A DNA stretch of 44,089 nucleotides from a virus. Positions within the stretch are counted from its first letter, which is position 1. Each line of letters starts with the position of its first letter. The stretch lies in the IMG/VR virus record IMGVR_UViG_3300004154_000345, one strand, 5' to 3'. The position numbers and the translations under genes are program-made. Below, in pieces: positions 1-10,488 of the stretch. The notes under the pieces were generated by a model that was not told the DNA's origin, did no database searches, and worked only from the letters and a program-made list of their open reading frames with translations.

Positions 1-3000
1 CACCATTTTCAACATTTGCAGAAGTCTCAGCAGTATAGCTTCCAACAATATCAACATATACATTTTTACTATATTGGCTAGTTTGGTCTGAAACTTCTAT
101 AACTGCTCTTCCAATTTTTCTTCCAGTTAAATTATAATTTGGATTTATTCTGTTTTTGTCAATTACTCCAGAATTATCTATATTTTCTATTTTTTGTATT
201 TCAATTAAATTTTTATTTGTATTATTTATTATTAAATTGTTATCAATTATTATATCGGTTTTTAAATTAAATGTATTTGATTTAAAAATACTAATATCTT
301 TTGTTTCATCTTGTTTAATAACAATATTTTCAGGAGTATTTTTTATTTCAATATCTCCTATTTTTGTGTAAACTGTTCTTGTATTATTGTCTTTTGTTCC
401 TAGTTGGCCAAAATTCCCAATTCCAACAGAATAAACATAACCATTTTCATCAACTATTACTGTATTAAGTAATCCAGATGCTATTTTTTCAAATTTTGGA
501 ATCTCTAATAATAAACCTGTTTTATCCTGAACTTTTATTATTTCAATTGCCATATTAACACTAGTTTGCGTAATACCTAATTTTTTATTAATATTATTTC
601 CCCAAACATAGACTTTTCCTTCAGATGTTATTGCCATTGAACATTGATCACCTGCAGAAATTTCTATTACATTTTCAAGGTAATTTCCATTTATATCTTT
701 TACACGAACTGGTATATCTGAGTTATTATTTGTTCCATTTCCAAGTTCACCTTTAGTACCTATTCCAGCACAAAACAATTTCCCTTCCGAGGTTAAAACT
801 ATATAATGATTTTTCTCAGCAGAAATTTTTGCAATATTATTTAAATACTCATTTTTTATTTCTGGACTAAAAACATCATACACATCACCTGTTCTTGACA
901 ACATTTTATTAGATGATATTTCAACTATCTCAGATACAGCATTAATTTTTTGTGGTATATCATAACTTTCACCAAAAATATAAACATCACCTTTTTTATT
1001 TAAAACAATAAAATTATTATTATAAATTGTAACTTTTTTGATTTTTAGCAATTCAGAATCAACACCTGGTTCAACGATTGTATCTAAATCCTCTACATGT
1101 TTTGCATATTGTTGATTATAACTTTCTGCACCATTTACAATATATCCCCAAATATATACATTTCCAGATTCATCTACTGCAATATTAGAATTTCCATTGG
1201 AATATATATCTGCAATACTTTCAAGCAAAGTACCATCATCTTTAATTACTTGAACAGGAGAATTTTTACCTTCTAAAGTTCCATCACCTAATTGTCCAAA
1301 AGTATTATCACCAAAACTCCAAACAGTTCCATTTTCCTTTAAAGCTATTGTATGATTATTTCCAATAGCAACTTTAGATTCAACACCATCATTAATTTTA
1401 ATATATGAATAAGTATAAATATTATTTGTAGTATCTGTTATTTTCAATCTTGTATTTCCTTGTTTTTTTGCTACTATATGTCCATTTACTATTTCAGCTA
1501 TATCAAGATTTTCAATTTCATATAACATATTTCCAAGTGTTAAATCCGATGTTTGAATTTCATTTAATTTTACTATTGATAATTTATTATTATCAATATA
1601 ATAATTATCCCCCAGTTTTAAATTTATAGTTTTATCTGAATATGTTAATAATGACCCCAAAATATTCACAGTAATATTTCCATCTCCACCAGCTCCACCT
1701 GGTATGGTTTTAGCAATATTATTAAATTTTAATTGTGGCATAGTAGTAGATTCTCCGCCAGTTGCAGATAAAGATCCTGTAAATTTGTTTATATTAGCAA
1801 ATATATTAATACTTCCTCCACCTGAGCTTCCACCTGCTGCGGCACCTTCTACTGATGCCTTCAAACCAGAATATACAGGGGCTTTAGAACCATTTGAGGT
1901 TATACTTCCATTACCATTAATAGAATTTCCATATAATATAAGAAGACCTCCTGTTCCATTTCCAGATGAAACTGCACTTGGTAAAGGAAAATCAGTAGTT
2001 CGACTTTTAAAAAATGTTTTTCCTTCTAATGTTCCTGCTCCACCACCAGTAAAACTTGTTGCTATTCCTGATAGATATGTCGAGCCATCTCCACCAGCAC
2101 TAATTCCTGATGCTGGTTGTGTTGTTGTTTTTGCAGTACCAGTATAGACAACTCCACCTGTTCCAGAGCCTCCTGAATAAGATGTTCCAGAGCCTGTTTG
2201 AGCTAAAACACCTATGTTTCCATTTTTTATTACATATGCTCCTCTACCACCACTACCTGTTTGTCTTCCAGTACCTGAATTACCTTTAATTCCAGCAGAA
2301 GTTCCAGATGTTGATATTTGATTCAAACCTGTTGCTCCATTTTTTGAAACATACTCATATGTCCCATCAATATTTTTCCATAAATACACATCTTCACCTT
2401 GTACATTATATGTTCCTCTTGAAGACATACTTATATTTCCATTATTTTCAACTTCACCTAATACACAAATATACATACCTTTTTTATAAACAATATTTGA
2501 TACTTTTTTCGCTGTAATAGTTATTCCTTGATTAACAATTAAATTTCTATGATATTTTACAATAAGCATTTTATTCTCTGTTGTTGAATCACCCAATTCA
2601 ATAATTTTTGATGTCTCTCCTTGAATCAAACTATATTCCATATCATTATAATAATTAATTAATTCTATTGAATATGTCTGATTATTTACGTATACATCAT
2701 AATTTCCATTTGGTAAATCTTTTTCCTTGATTCCATTAACAATACTATCTAATTTAATTATAACAGTTAAATCAATTTGCCTTGAAATCCCAGTAGGAAT
2801 ATGTGTAACATTTAACTTAGTTTTCCCATAATTCAAACCCTTTATCTTATTTCCTTCAACCTGTATCTTAGATTCATCTTCAATATTAAAAACGAAATTT
2901 GATTGTTCAAATTCTGTACTATCTGACTTAACATTGCACATATTTTCCATTCCAAATTCAAGAGTTACTTCTTCCCCAATATCTAAAAATCCCTTACCTA

Positions 3001-6000
3001 AATTTGATGAAATACCATTCTCTCCAATTTCTGTAAATTTTGTAACTTTGCTAATGTCAGGCAGTCCAAGTTCTCCATATGTATTTAAACCTGTTGAATA
3101 AACTATACCCTCATTAGTTGATATAGCAGAATTATTTCCTTCAGTTTCAGAAATATTTTCTATAGGGTCTAAACTATTAACTTTTGTCATCACAGTAGCT
3201 TTGCTTACTGCTTCTAATCCAATTGTTCCATCTAAATTATTACCACATACATATAATTCATTATTAGCAGTTATTGCCATACTAGTATCAACTCCTGCTG
3301 CAATATCAATTACATTATTTAAAATAGAAGAAGTAATATAATTACTAGATTTTCCTAATTCACCATTTGTATTATTAACTCCCCAAGAATACACACTACC
3401 TTTATCTGATAATGCTAAATAATGGTCTGAACCTGCACTAATTTTTGAAATTCCAACTAACTCAACTACTGGACTTTCTAAATTAAATAAACTAAAAATT
3501 TTTCCTTCTTGGCTCAAACATATATCTCCAGAGATATCTACCATTTTTTTATTTGTAATTAATTTAATTGGATAACTTGAATATCCTTGCCCCCAAATAT
3601 AAACTTTTCCATCACTATCTAATGCAGTTGTAATATTTTTATATGCATCTACTTTCAAAATATTATTAAGACCTTGTACTTTTTCTGCATAATTTCTACT
3701 GTTAGCAACCAAACTTCCTAATTGTCCAAATTCATTACTACCCCAAGTATATACAAAACCATCAGCAGATAAACCCACACCATGACTATATCCTGTTCCT
3801 ATATCAATAATGTTTTCTAATTTTGTGTTTTCATTTAAATAAACCTCAGTTGGAACATCTGTATTGATATTAACTCCATTTCCAAGTTGTCCTAAATCAT
3901 TTTTTCCAAAACCTATAATTTTGCCATTTTCTTTTAATCCTAATGAAAAATTTTTGCCAACAGATAATTGAGATTTTATTTTATTTGTTACAACTATATA
4001 TATATATGTTTCAAGATTATCTATTGGATTTATTATTTTAATTTTTGTTTTACCTTCGTTTAATCCTGTGATTTTTCCTTGAGAATCAACTACAGCAATA
4101 TCTGTATTTAATGATTGATACATAATAGTGTTTAAAACAGATTCACTCAATTCTTTTTCCATAGTTCTATCTACTAATTGAATTATAGATTTTTCAATTT
4201 GATAATTTTCATTTTGTTTTAATTGAATTTCTTTTACAGGATAATTTAGTGCTGTTGTAGTAATAGTAACACTTCCATCTCCTCCAGCTCCTCCTGTAGC
4301 TACAGTATCTGCTGTAGTAATAAAGAAGTTTGGCATTGTAACCCAATCTCCACCAATTGCACTAATTGATCCCTTATATCTATTAGAATTCGTAAAAATA
4401 TTTACACTTCCTCCACCTGAGCTGCCACCAGCTGCAGCAGGAAGATTTGATTTTACTGAACTATAAACAGGAGCTTTTGTACCATTTGAATTTATACTTC
4501 CATTACCTTCAACAATATCTGAATATAGAATCAGTAACCCTCCAGTTCCATTTCCATCTGAAACAAGATTTATTCCAGTCATATTATCAGAGCTTGAACT
4601 TGTAAAATATGTTGAACCTTGAACTGGTCCAGCTCCACCTGCAACAAAAACCCATCCAGTTTTTGGTCTGTCCCTTGTTCCATCCCCACCTGCTGCGTAT
4701 GTTGCAGAAGATTGACTTTTAGTTCCAGCATCACCAACAAATGTAACACCTCCTGTCCCAGAACCTCCTGAATAAGAATTTCCAGATACAGATGGAGCAA
4801 GTATACCTGTATTCCCATTGTTTACAATATATCCTCCTCTACCACCACTTCCTGTTTGTCTTCCTATTCCAGAATTTCCTTTAACACCAGAACCACTTGT
4901 AGTTGTTGATAGCGCAGATACTCCTACTGCACCAGTTTTAGGAACATATTCATATGACCCATCTATATTTTTCCACAAATAAACATTTTCTCCTGCAGCA
5001 TTATATGTTCCTCTTCTTGTCATAGTGATATTTCCATTATTAATAGTTGTTCCTAAAACACATACATACATACCTTTTTTGTAAGATAAACCTGAAACTG
5101 TTTTTGATGTTAATGTAACACCAGAATTAACTGTTAGATTTTTATGATATTTAGCAATTAACATTTTATATTCTGTTGTGCTATCTCCTAATTCAATAGT
5201 TTTAGATGTTTCTGCACCAACTAAAGAGTAAACAACATCATCATAATAGTTTATTAATTCTATTTTATAAGTCTGTCCATTTATATGAACATCATAATTT
5301 CCATTTGGAAGATTACAATCTTTTATACCTTTTACTATACTTTCCATTTTTATTACTACAACAATAGGTATTTGCTTTGTAACACCAGTAACAGTATGAG
5401 TAACTGTTAGAGTAGTTTGTCCATAAGTCTCACCTTTAATAGTTTTTCCGTTTAAAGATGCTACAGATGAATCTGATATTGTAATACTAAAATTATTTTG
5501 ATTATAATCACTAGAACCTGATTTAATATTAAACATATTTTCCATTTTTAATTCTAATGTTGTCTGTTCACCTAAGTCTAAAAATATATTTTCATAATTA
5601 GGCATAATAAAATTATTTCCGACTTCTGTATAACCTGTAACCTTTTGATAATTATTATCTAATCCTAGTTCACCATTAGTATTAAGACCTGTTACTAAAA
5701 CTTTTCCTGTTATATCTGATATTACCGAACAAGTACCTTGTGTTCCAGAAATATTATAAATACCACTTAAAATATTTACTTTTGTCATCACAGTTGCTTT
5801 CGGTGTTGATTGCAACCCAATTTCACCATTTGCATTATTACCACAAACATATAATTCTTTATTTGATTTTAAAGCCATACTAATATCATTTCCAGCAGAA
5901 ATTTCTATTGCATCTTGTAAGATACTTGTTGTAACTGTTGTTGCTATTCTTCCTAATTCTCCATTAATATTATTTATACCCCACGAATATACATTTCCAC

Positions 6001-8161
6001 TATCTGATAGAGCCAAATAATGATCATTACCAGCGCTTATCTTTGAAATCCCAATTAATTCTACAACTGGAGAAACTAAATTATCAATCTTATATATTTT
6101 GCCTTCATCACTTAAACTTATTTCTCCTGATATAGATACAAACTTTTTACTTGATAAAAGTTTTATAGGAAATGCAGAATAACCTTCTCCCCATATATAT
6201 ATTTCTCCATCTGAATTAATAGCAGAAGAAATATTTTTATATGCATCAACTTTAACAATACCAGTTAATGAATCAATTCTTGTTGCAACATTTTTCGTCT
6301 GCTCAGAAGTATTTCCTAATTGTCCATATTCATTTTTTCCCCATGTGTAAACATACCCTTCCTTAGACAATGCAACTGAATGACTATTTCCAGATTCAAC
6401 CTGAATTATATTATCTAATAAAGTTGAAGAATTATCCTTACAAACCTCAATAGGACGAATAGTGTCAGCATTTGTGGCATTTCCTAATTGGCCTAAATCA
6501 TTTTTTCCAAAACCTGCAATTTTTCCATCTTCTCTAAGTACAAGTGTGAAATTTGAACCAACACTTATTTGTGACTTGAATTTATTGATAACAGTAATAT
6601 ATATTGATGTTTCGAATCCATCTAAATTATCTATTATTTTTATTTTTGTTTTTCCCTCTGCAATACCTGTAACTTTTCCATTACTATCTACTATTGCAAT
6701 TTCTGGATTTTCTGATTGATATGTAATTGAGTCAATGGCTTGTATACTTAAATTCTTTGAACCAGTATTATCTATTATCTTCAATTTAGAATTATCTATT
6801 AAATACTCTTGATTCTTTTTTAAAGACATTTCTTTTTCTGGATAAGCAAGTGAAAAAGTTGTAATATTAACAGTTCCATTACCACCAGCTCCACCTGTTA
6901 CAACTGTATTTGCAGTAGATGCAAAAAAGTTTGGCATTGTTACCCAATCCCCACCTGTTGCAGTAATTGTGCCATTATATTTATTTGAATTTGTAAAAAC
7001 ATTTACACTTCCACCACCTGAACTTCCACCTGCTGCTGCTGGCATAGCCGCTTTAGCTGATGAATAAACTGAAGCTTTTGTTCCATTTGAAGAAATAATT
7101 CCATTTCCTTGAACACTATTAGAATACATAACTAATAATCCGCCTGTTCCATTTCCATCTGAAACAGTTGTAATTCCAGTCATATAATTAGGATTGGACT
7201 TACTGCTAAAATATGTTGTTCCCTGTGGTAATCCTGCACCACCTGAAGCAAAAACCCATCCAATATTTGGTGGATGCTTGCTTCCATCTCCACCTTTAGT
7301 ATAACCTGTACCCAATTGTGCACTCGTTGTAGCTGTTCCTACAAATGCTACTCCACCTGTTCCTGGACCACCAGAATATGATGTTCCAGAACCAGTTTTA
7401 GCTAAAACACCTGTATTACCATTATTAATTATATATCCGCCTCTACCACCACTTCCAGTTTGTCTCCCTGTTCCATTATTACCTTGAACACCAGATCCAC
7501 TTGCAGTTGTTGTTATCTGGGCTAAACCTGTAGCTCCTGAGTTTGGAATATATTCAAAAGTATCATCTAGGTTTTTCCACAAATACACATTTTCTCCTGC
7601 AGCATTATATGTTCCTCTTCTTGTCATAGTAATAGTTCCATTATTTGTGGTGTTTCCTAAAACACATATATACATACCTTTTTTATATGTTAAACCAGAT
7701 ACTGTTCTTGCCGCAAGAATAACACCAGAATTAACAGTTAAATTTTTATGATATTTTACAACTAACATCTTGTATGTAGTAGTAGAATCTCCAACCTCAA
7801 TTATTTTACTTGTTTCTCCACTAGCTAAAGAATATACAACATCATCATAATAATTTATTAGCTCAATATTATAATCTTTAACTTCATCAATACCATTTAT
7901 TTTTCCAGGAACCCTTAGTATATAATCTCCGTTTGGCAAATTATTATCTTTTATTCCTTGAACAATACTCTCACATACAATCATGTTTGAAGGCAGGTCT
8001 TCTTTTTGTTCTGTTGTTTTTATTTGTATATTTTCTATATTTTTTTTAAATAATTTCTTTCCGAATAAGTTAAATAAAGCTAAAAACAATATAACTATAA
8101 CTATTATACTTGTAAAAAATATTATAGAATTTAATTTTTTTTCAGAACAATTTAATTTCAT
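1..8161 (-). CDS. Giant modular surface/secreted protein, 3' end outside the window (>=2720 aa): three tandem modules of N-terminal NLPNGDY...ELINYYDDVVYSL domain, glycine-rich segment, Ig/Big-like domain and RCC1-like repeats
   Basis: Manual minus-strand translation from ATG at 8159-8161 (MKLNCSEKKLNSIIFFTSIIVIVIIVLFLALFNLFGKK, one N-terminal TM). The same frame (leftmost codon base = 2 mod 3) is kept at the homologous NLPNG(D/N)Y tyrosine codons at 7922, 5294 and 2699 and is open at position 2. RBS-like AGAAAGG upstream. RCC1-like motifs such as GYVYTWGKNEYGQLGN, GKIAGFGKNDLGQLGN, GNVYSWGINN. Confidence 0.85.
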   Translation of the reverse strand, partial: MKLNCSEKKLNSIIFFTSIIVIVILFLALFNLFGKKLFKKNIENIQIKTTEQKEDLPSNMIVCESIVQGIKDNNLPNGDYILRVPGKINGIDEVKDYNIELINYYDDVVYSLASGETSKIIEVGDSTTTYKMLVVKYHKNLTVNSGVILAARTVSGLTYKKGMYICVLGNTTNNGTITMTRRGTYNAAGENVYLWKNLDDTFEYIPNSGATGLAQITTTASGSGVQGNNGTGRQTGSGGRGGYIINNGNTGVLAKTGSGTSYSGGPGTGGVAFVGTATTSAQLGTGYTKGGDGSKHPPNIGWVFASGGAGLPQGTTYFSSKSNPNYMTGITTVSDGNGTGGLLVMYSNSVQGNGIISSNGTKASVYSSAKAAMPAAAGGSSGGGSVNVFTNSNKYNGTITATGGDWVTMPNFFASTANTVVTGGAGGNGTVNITTFSLAYPEKEMSLKKNQEYLIDNSKLKIIDNTGSKNLSIQAIDSITYQSENPEIAIVDSNGKVTGIAEGKTKIKIIDNLDGFETSIYITVINKFKSQISVGSNFTLVLREDGKIAGFGKNDLGQLGNATNADTIRPIEVCKDNSSTLLDNIIQVESGNSHSVALSKEGYVYTWGKNEYGQLGNTSEQTKNVATRIDSLTGIVKVDAYKNISSAINSDGEIYIWGEGYSAFPIKLLSSKKFVSISGEISLSDEGKIYKIDNLVSPVVELIGISKISAGNDHYLALSDSGNVYSWGINNINGELGRIATTVTTSILQDAIEISAGNDISMALKSNKELYVCGNNANGEIGLQSTPKATVMTKVNILSGIYNISGTQGTCSVISDITGKVLVTGLNTNGELGLDNNYQKVTGYTEVGNNFIMPNYENIFLDLGEQTTLELKMENMFNIKSGSSDYNQNNFSITISDSSVASLNGKTIKGETYGQTTLTVTHTVTGVTKQIPIVVVIKMESIVKGIKDCNLPNGNYDVHINGQTYKIELINYYDDVVYSLVGAETSKTIELGDSTTEYKMLIAKYHKNLTVNSGVTLTSKTVSGLSYKKGMYVCVLGTTINNGNITMTRRGTYNAAGENVYLWKNIDGSYEYVPKTGAVGVSALSTTTSGSGVKGNSGIGRQTGSGGRGGYIVNNGNTGILAPSVSGNSYSGGSGTGGVTFVGDAGTKSQSSATYAAGGDGTRDRPKTGWVFVAGGAGPVQGSTYFTSSSSDNMTGINLVSDGNGTGGLLILYSDIVEGNGSINSNGTKAPVYSSVKSNLPAAAGGSSGGGSVNIFTNSNRYKGSISAIGGDWVTMPNFFITTADTVATGGAGGDGSVTITTTALNYPVKEIQLKQNENYQIEKSIIQLVDRTMEKELSESVLNTIMYQSLNTDIAVVDSQGKITGLNEGKTKIKIINPIDNLETYIYIVVTNKIKSQLSVGKNFSLGLKENGKIIGFGKNDLGQLGNGVNINTDVPTEVYLNENTKLENIIDIGTGYSHGVGLSADGFVYTWGSNEFGQLGSLVANSRNYAEKVQGLNNILKVDAYKNITTALDSDGKVYIWGQGYSSYPIKLITNKKMVDISGDICLSQEGKIFSLFNLESPVVELVGISKISAGSDHYLALSDKGSVYSWGVNNTNGELGKSSNYITSSILNNVIDIAAGVDTSMAITANNELYVCGNNLDGTIGLEAVSKATVMTKVNSLDPIENISETEGNNSAISTNEGIVYSTGLNTYGELGLPDISKVTKFTEIGENGISSNLGKGFLDIGEEVTLEFGMENMCNVKSDSTEFEQSNFVFNIEDESKIQVEGNKIKGLNYGKTKLNVTHIPTGISRQIDLTVIIKLDSIVNGIKEKDLPNGNYDVYVNNQTYSIELINYYNDMEYSLIQGETSKIIELGDSTTENKMLIVKYHRNLIVNQGITITAKKVSNIVYKKGMYICVLGEVENNGNISMSSRGTYNVQGEDVYLWKNIDGTYEYVSKNGATGLNQISTSGTSAGIKGNSGTGRQTGSGGRGAYVIKNGNIGVLAQTGSGTSYSGGSGTGGVVYTGTAKTTTQPASGISAGGDGSTYLSGIATSFTGGGAGTLEGKTFFKSRTTDFPLPSAVSSGNGTGGLLILYGNSINGNGSITSNGSKAPVYSGLKASVEGAAAGGSSGGGSINIFANINKFTGSLSATGGESTTMPQLKFNNIAKTIPGGAGGDGNITVNILGSLLTYSDKTINLKLGDNYYIDNNKLSIVKLNEIQTSDLTLGNMLYEIENLDIAEIVNGHIVAKKQGNTRLKITDTTNNIYTYSYIKINDGVESKVAIGNNHTIALKENGTVWSFGDNTFGQLGDGTLEGKNSPVQVIKDDGTLLESIADIYSNGNSNIAVDESGNVYIWGYIVNGAESYNQQYAKHVEDLDTIVEPGVDSELLKIKKVTIYNNNFIVLNKKGDVYIFGESYDIPQKINAVSEIVEISSNKMLSRTGDVYDVFSPEIKNEYLNNIAKISAEKNHYIVLTSEGKLFCAGIGTKGELGNGTNNNSDIPVRVKDINGNYLENVIEISAGDQCSMAITSEGKVYVWGNNINKKLGITQTSVNMAIEIIKVQDKTGLLLEIPKFEKIASGLLNTVIVDENGYVYSVGIGNFGQLGTKDNNTRTVYTKIGDIEIKNTPENIVIKQDETKDISIFKSNTFNLKTDIIIDNNLIINNTNKNLIEIQKIENIDNSGVIDKNRINPNYNLTGRKIGRAVIEVSDQTSQYSKNVYVDIVGSYTAETSANVENG
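400..1400 (-). other. RCC1-like repeat region, module 3
   Basis: IALKENGTVWSFGDNTFGQLGDG ... GKLFCAGIGTKGELGNG ... GKVYVWGNNINKKLG ... GYVYSVGIGNFGQLG; approximate limits. Confidence 0.65.
3020..3990 (-). other. RCC1-like repeat region, module 2
   Basis: Same motif series in the same frame (GKIIGFGKNDLGQLGN, VYTWGSNEFGQLG, VYSWGVNNTNGELGK); approximate limits. Confidence 0.65.
5720..6600 (-). other. RCC1-like repeat region, module 1
   Basis: ISVGSNFTLVLREDGKIAGFGKNDLGQLGN ... VESGNSHSVALSKEGYVYTWGKNEYGQLGN ... ISAGNDHYLALSDSGNVYSWG; approximate limits. Confidence 0.7.
6880..7500 (-). other. Glycine-rich segment, module 1 (counterparts at about 4230-4880 and 1680-2300)
   Basis: GRQTGSGGRGGYIINNGNTGVLAKTGSGTSYSGGPGTGGVAFVG ... 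PAAAGGSSGGGSVNVFTNSNKYNGTITATGGDWVTMPNFF ... VVTGGAGGNGTVNITTF. Confidence 0.7.
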
Positions 8162-8199
8162 ATTTCACATGCCTTTCTAATATATATATTATTAAAACC

Positions 8200-8228
8200 A
8201 TTCTATTCTTATATATATTAAAAGACAA
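8200..8228 (-). promoter_or_regulatory. Candidate sigma70-type promoter of the giant gene
   Basis: Minus strand TTGTCT - 17 nt - TAGAAT (-35 at 8223-8228, -10 at 8200-8205), about 40 nt upstream of the start codon. Confidence 0.45.
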
Positions 8229-8595
8229 TATGGTAGTATATTCAAAACAAATGCAATCCTACGGATTTAATTAATTATTGTTTTATGAAATTTAGATTAC
8301 ATTTATATTAAAATTAATGTCATATTTTGTCGAATTTTGTAATTTTTACTAGGGAAAATAAAGATAAAGAAAAGTTTTAGTTAAATATTTGCTTATATAT
8401 ATAATTGAACATTTAAAAAAGACAAAAAAAGAGATAACAACTCATTTCTGAATTGCCACCCCAACTATTAACATTGACTCATATTTAGATTGAGAAATGT
8501 TTAAACTTAAGTTTGAATTGCAGTAAAAACAATTATCATTAAACTATTTTTACGTATTTATCATCACATATTGAAATAACATACACTTTATATTT

Positions 8596-9546
8596 TTATA
8601 TATTTACAGTAAGACTGTATAATTTTATTGCATTATTAATTTCTTGTTCGTATTTATTTGATTCACCTGAATAAGATTGTAATACACGTATTGCATTAAA
8701 AATCATTACATCTGATTTTTTTCCATCATCAGCAAATTTTGTAAATTCCAGACTCCTTATTTGCGTAGAGTTTGGAGACAATGCAATATTTCCAATTGGT
8801 AAATTAATTGCTCTGGTTTGATCTCCAATATAAATTCCAATTTCAAATTCTTCTTTATTATTTGCAAGTACAATTGGATATTCAGATTTATTGGTGAATT
8901 TTACATTATAAATTTCAGAATCGTATTTTACTGTTTTCCCTAAGATTTCTATTTTTAAATATTCATCTTCTGCAAAAATATTTATATCTTCTTCAGAAAC
9001 AAAATTCCCAATATTTAATTTTAGATTATTTTTATCTTCAGCATTAATCGTAATTTTTTCTTCATAATAACCATATCCTGAAGTTGTACCATTTGCTAAA
9101 ATGTCCTCTAATATTTTTATTTTGTAAATATATGTATTTTCTAAATTTGAATATGACTGAATATTATATATTTTTTTAGTATTTCCGAAAATCTCTTTTG
9201 CATAATTTTCAAACAATTTATAAGAAGTAAAATAACTAGATTTACATTCATCACTTATCAAATCATATGCTTTTTGATATTCTCCATTATTACAATAATT
9301 AAAATATGTATCAATTATTGTTTCTATTGGCTGGTGCAATTTTTCTGGTACTTCCTTATTTGTATTCATTACAGAAACATGAGGAGTATATGTTGTTTCT
9401 GGAGCCATACTATTATTATTTTGCCTTCCTAAAAATCTATTAATAACAAAAATAGTTGTCCAAATTATTAAAACAATAAATATTATAAATTTATATCTTT
9501 GATAAAAATCTCTAATTTTCAATTGAACTTTTGCTCTAGTATTCAT
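8596..9546 (-). CDS. Membrane-anchored protein of the T4SS-like locus (possible NTF2/VirB8/TcpC-like component)
   Basis: 316 aa; N-terminal TM (YKFIIFIVLIIWTTIFVINRF) then YFNYCNNGEYQKAYDLISDECKSSYF; gene order. Confidence 0.6.
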   Translation of the reverse strand: MNTRAKVQLKIRDFYQRYKFIIFIVLIIWTTIFVINRFLGRQNNNSMAPETTYTPHVSVMNTNKEVPEKLHQPIETIIDTYFNYCNNGEYQKAYDLISDECKSSYFTSYKLFENYAKEIFGNTKKIYNIQSYSNLENTYIYKIKILEDILANGTTSGYGYYEEKITINAEDKNNLKLNIGNFVSEEDINIFAEDEYLKIEILGKTVKYDSEIYNVKFTNKSEYPIVLANNKEEFEIGIYIGDQTRAINLPIGNIALSPNSTQIRSLEFTKFADDGKKSDVMIFNAIRVLQSYSGESNKYEQEINNAIKLYSLTVNI

Positions 9547-9713
9547 ATTTTCCCTCCTTTTCCATAATTGATAATTTTAAAATTTCACGGTTTTAAAAAC
9601 AAAATTTACTATTCTTATGTAAAAAATTTTAAAATCAACTCAAAAAACATTATTTATTGTTCAATTTTTTATCTTATAAAATATTTTTAACAATACGATA
9701 TTAATTTCAATTT

Positions 9714-10319
9714 TTAAATAACTTGAAAAGATAACACATATTTATTATAATCACTCTCTTGAACAACTATTCTTTGACTAAATTGTTTAGAGTTATCTTT
9801 GGCAAGTGCATTATCAACTAATACTGTAGTAATATATATATCGCCTTGTCTATCAAAATCATCATAATTAATAGCTAAAACACTTGGGTATGTTTTTTGT
9901 ACATATTTTTCAAAATCTTCTATAGTTGGAAAATACTGTTGTTTAAATTCAGGATATAAAACTTGGTAGGCTCTTTCATAATTTTTATTTTCTATATTCT
10001 TAAAAAATTGCCCACAATAATACTCTATTCTATCTCTTTCAGTTCCTTTTTTTAGAAGTTCTAATTGATTCTGCTCTGAAGATATCTTATCAGACTCATT
10101 TGTTTCAATTTCATTCTGTTGAACTTGATTCTGTTTAGATTCCAGCTGTTCCTTTGATTTTGGAACTAATATTTTTTGGATGACTAGATATAAATTTAAA
10201 CATAATAAAATAAGAATTGCTATTGTTAAAGACAATTTAGTAACATTTATATTAGAATGTTTTTTTCTTGTTTTATAAATTTTAGTTTTATTATTTGTTT
10301 TCTTTTTCACTCTAGTCAC
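9714..10319 (-). CDS. Membrane-anchored protein (possible NTF2/VirB8-like); GTG start
   Basis: 201 aa; single TM then YYCGQFFKNIENKNYERAYQVLYPEFKQQYF. Start codon is GTG; a second GTG three codons later (10308-10310) has better spacing from AGAGGTG. Confidence 0.6.
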   Translation of the reverse strand: MTRVKKKTNNKTKIYKTRKKHSNINVTKLSLTIAILILLCLNLYLVIQKILVPKSKEQLESKQNQVQQNEIETNESDKISSEQNQLELLKKGTERDRIEYYCGQFFKNIENKNYERAYQVLYPEFKQQYFPTIEDFEKYVQKTYPSVLAINYDDFDRQGDIYITTVLVDNALAKDNSKQFSQRIVVQESDYNKYVLSFQVI

Positions 10320-10488
10320 CTCTTTCTTATTAGTTATTTAACTAAAAAGTAATAAAAAATTAATTTTGATTACTTTTCAATTTTTATGTTTTTATGTCAT
10401 AAGTTACTTCGAATTATTTTTTTAATTAAAAAGCTCTATATTGATATTTGATATACTGTTAATCAATTATTATATATTAAGATAAAAA

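Noticed and set aside
1704-2147. Plus-strand ORF of 147 aa, Pro/Ala/Leu-rich
   Set aside because: Antisense shadow of the glycine-rich segment of the giant minus-strand ORF; no RBS or homology signal.
156-6719. Other small plus/minus ORFs in 1-8161 (156-371, 2308-2517, 4579-4818, 6462-6719)
   Set aside because: Out-of-frame or antisense to the continuous giant minus-strand ORF with clear domain content.
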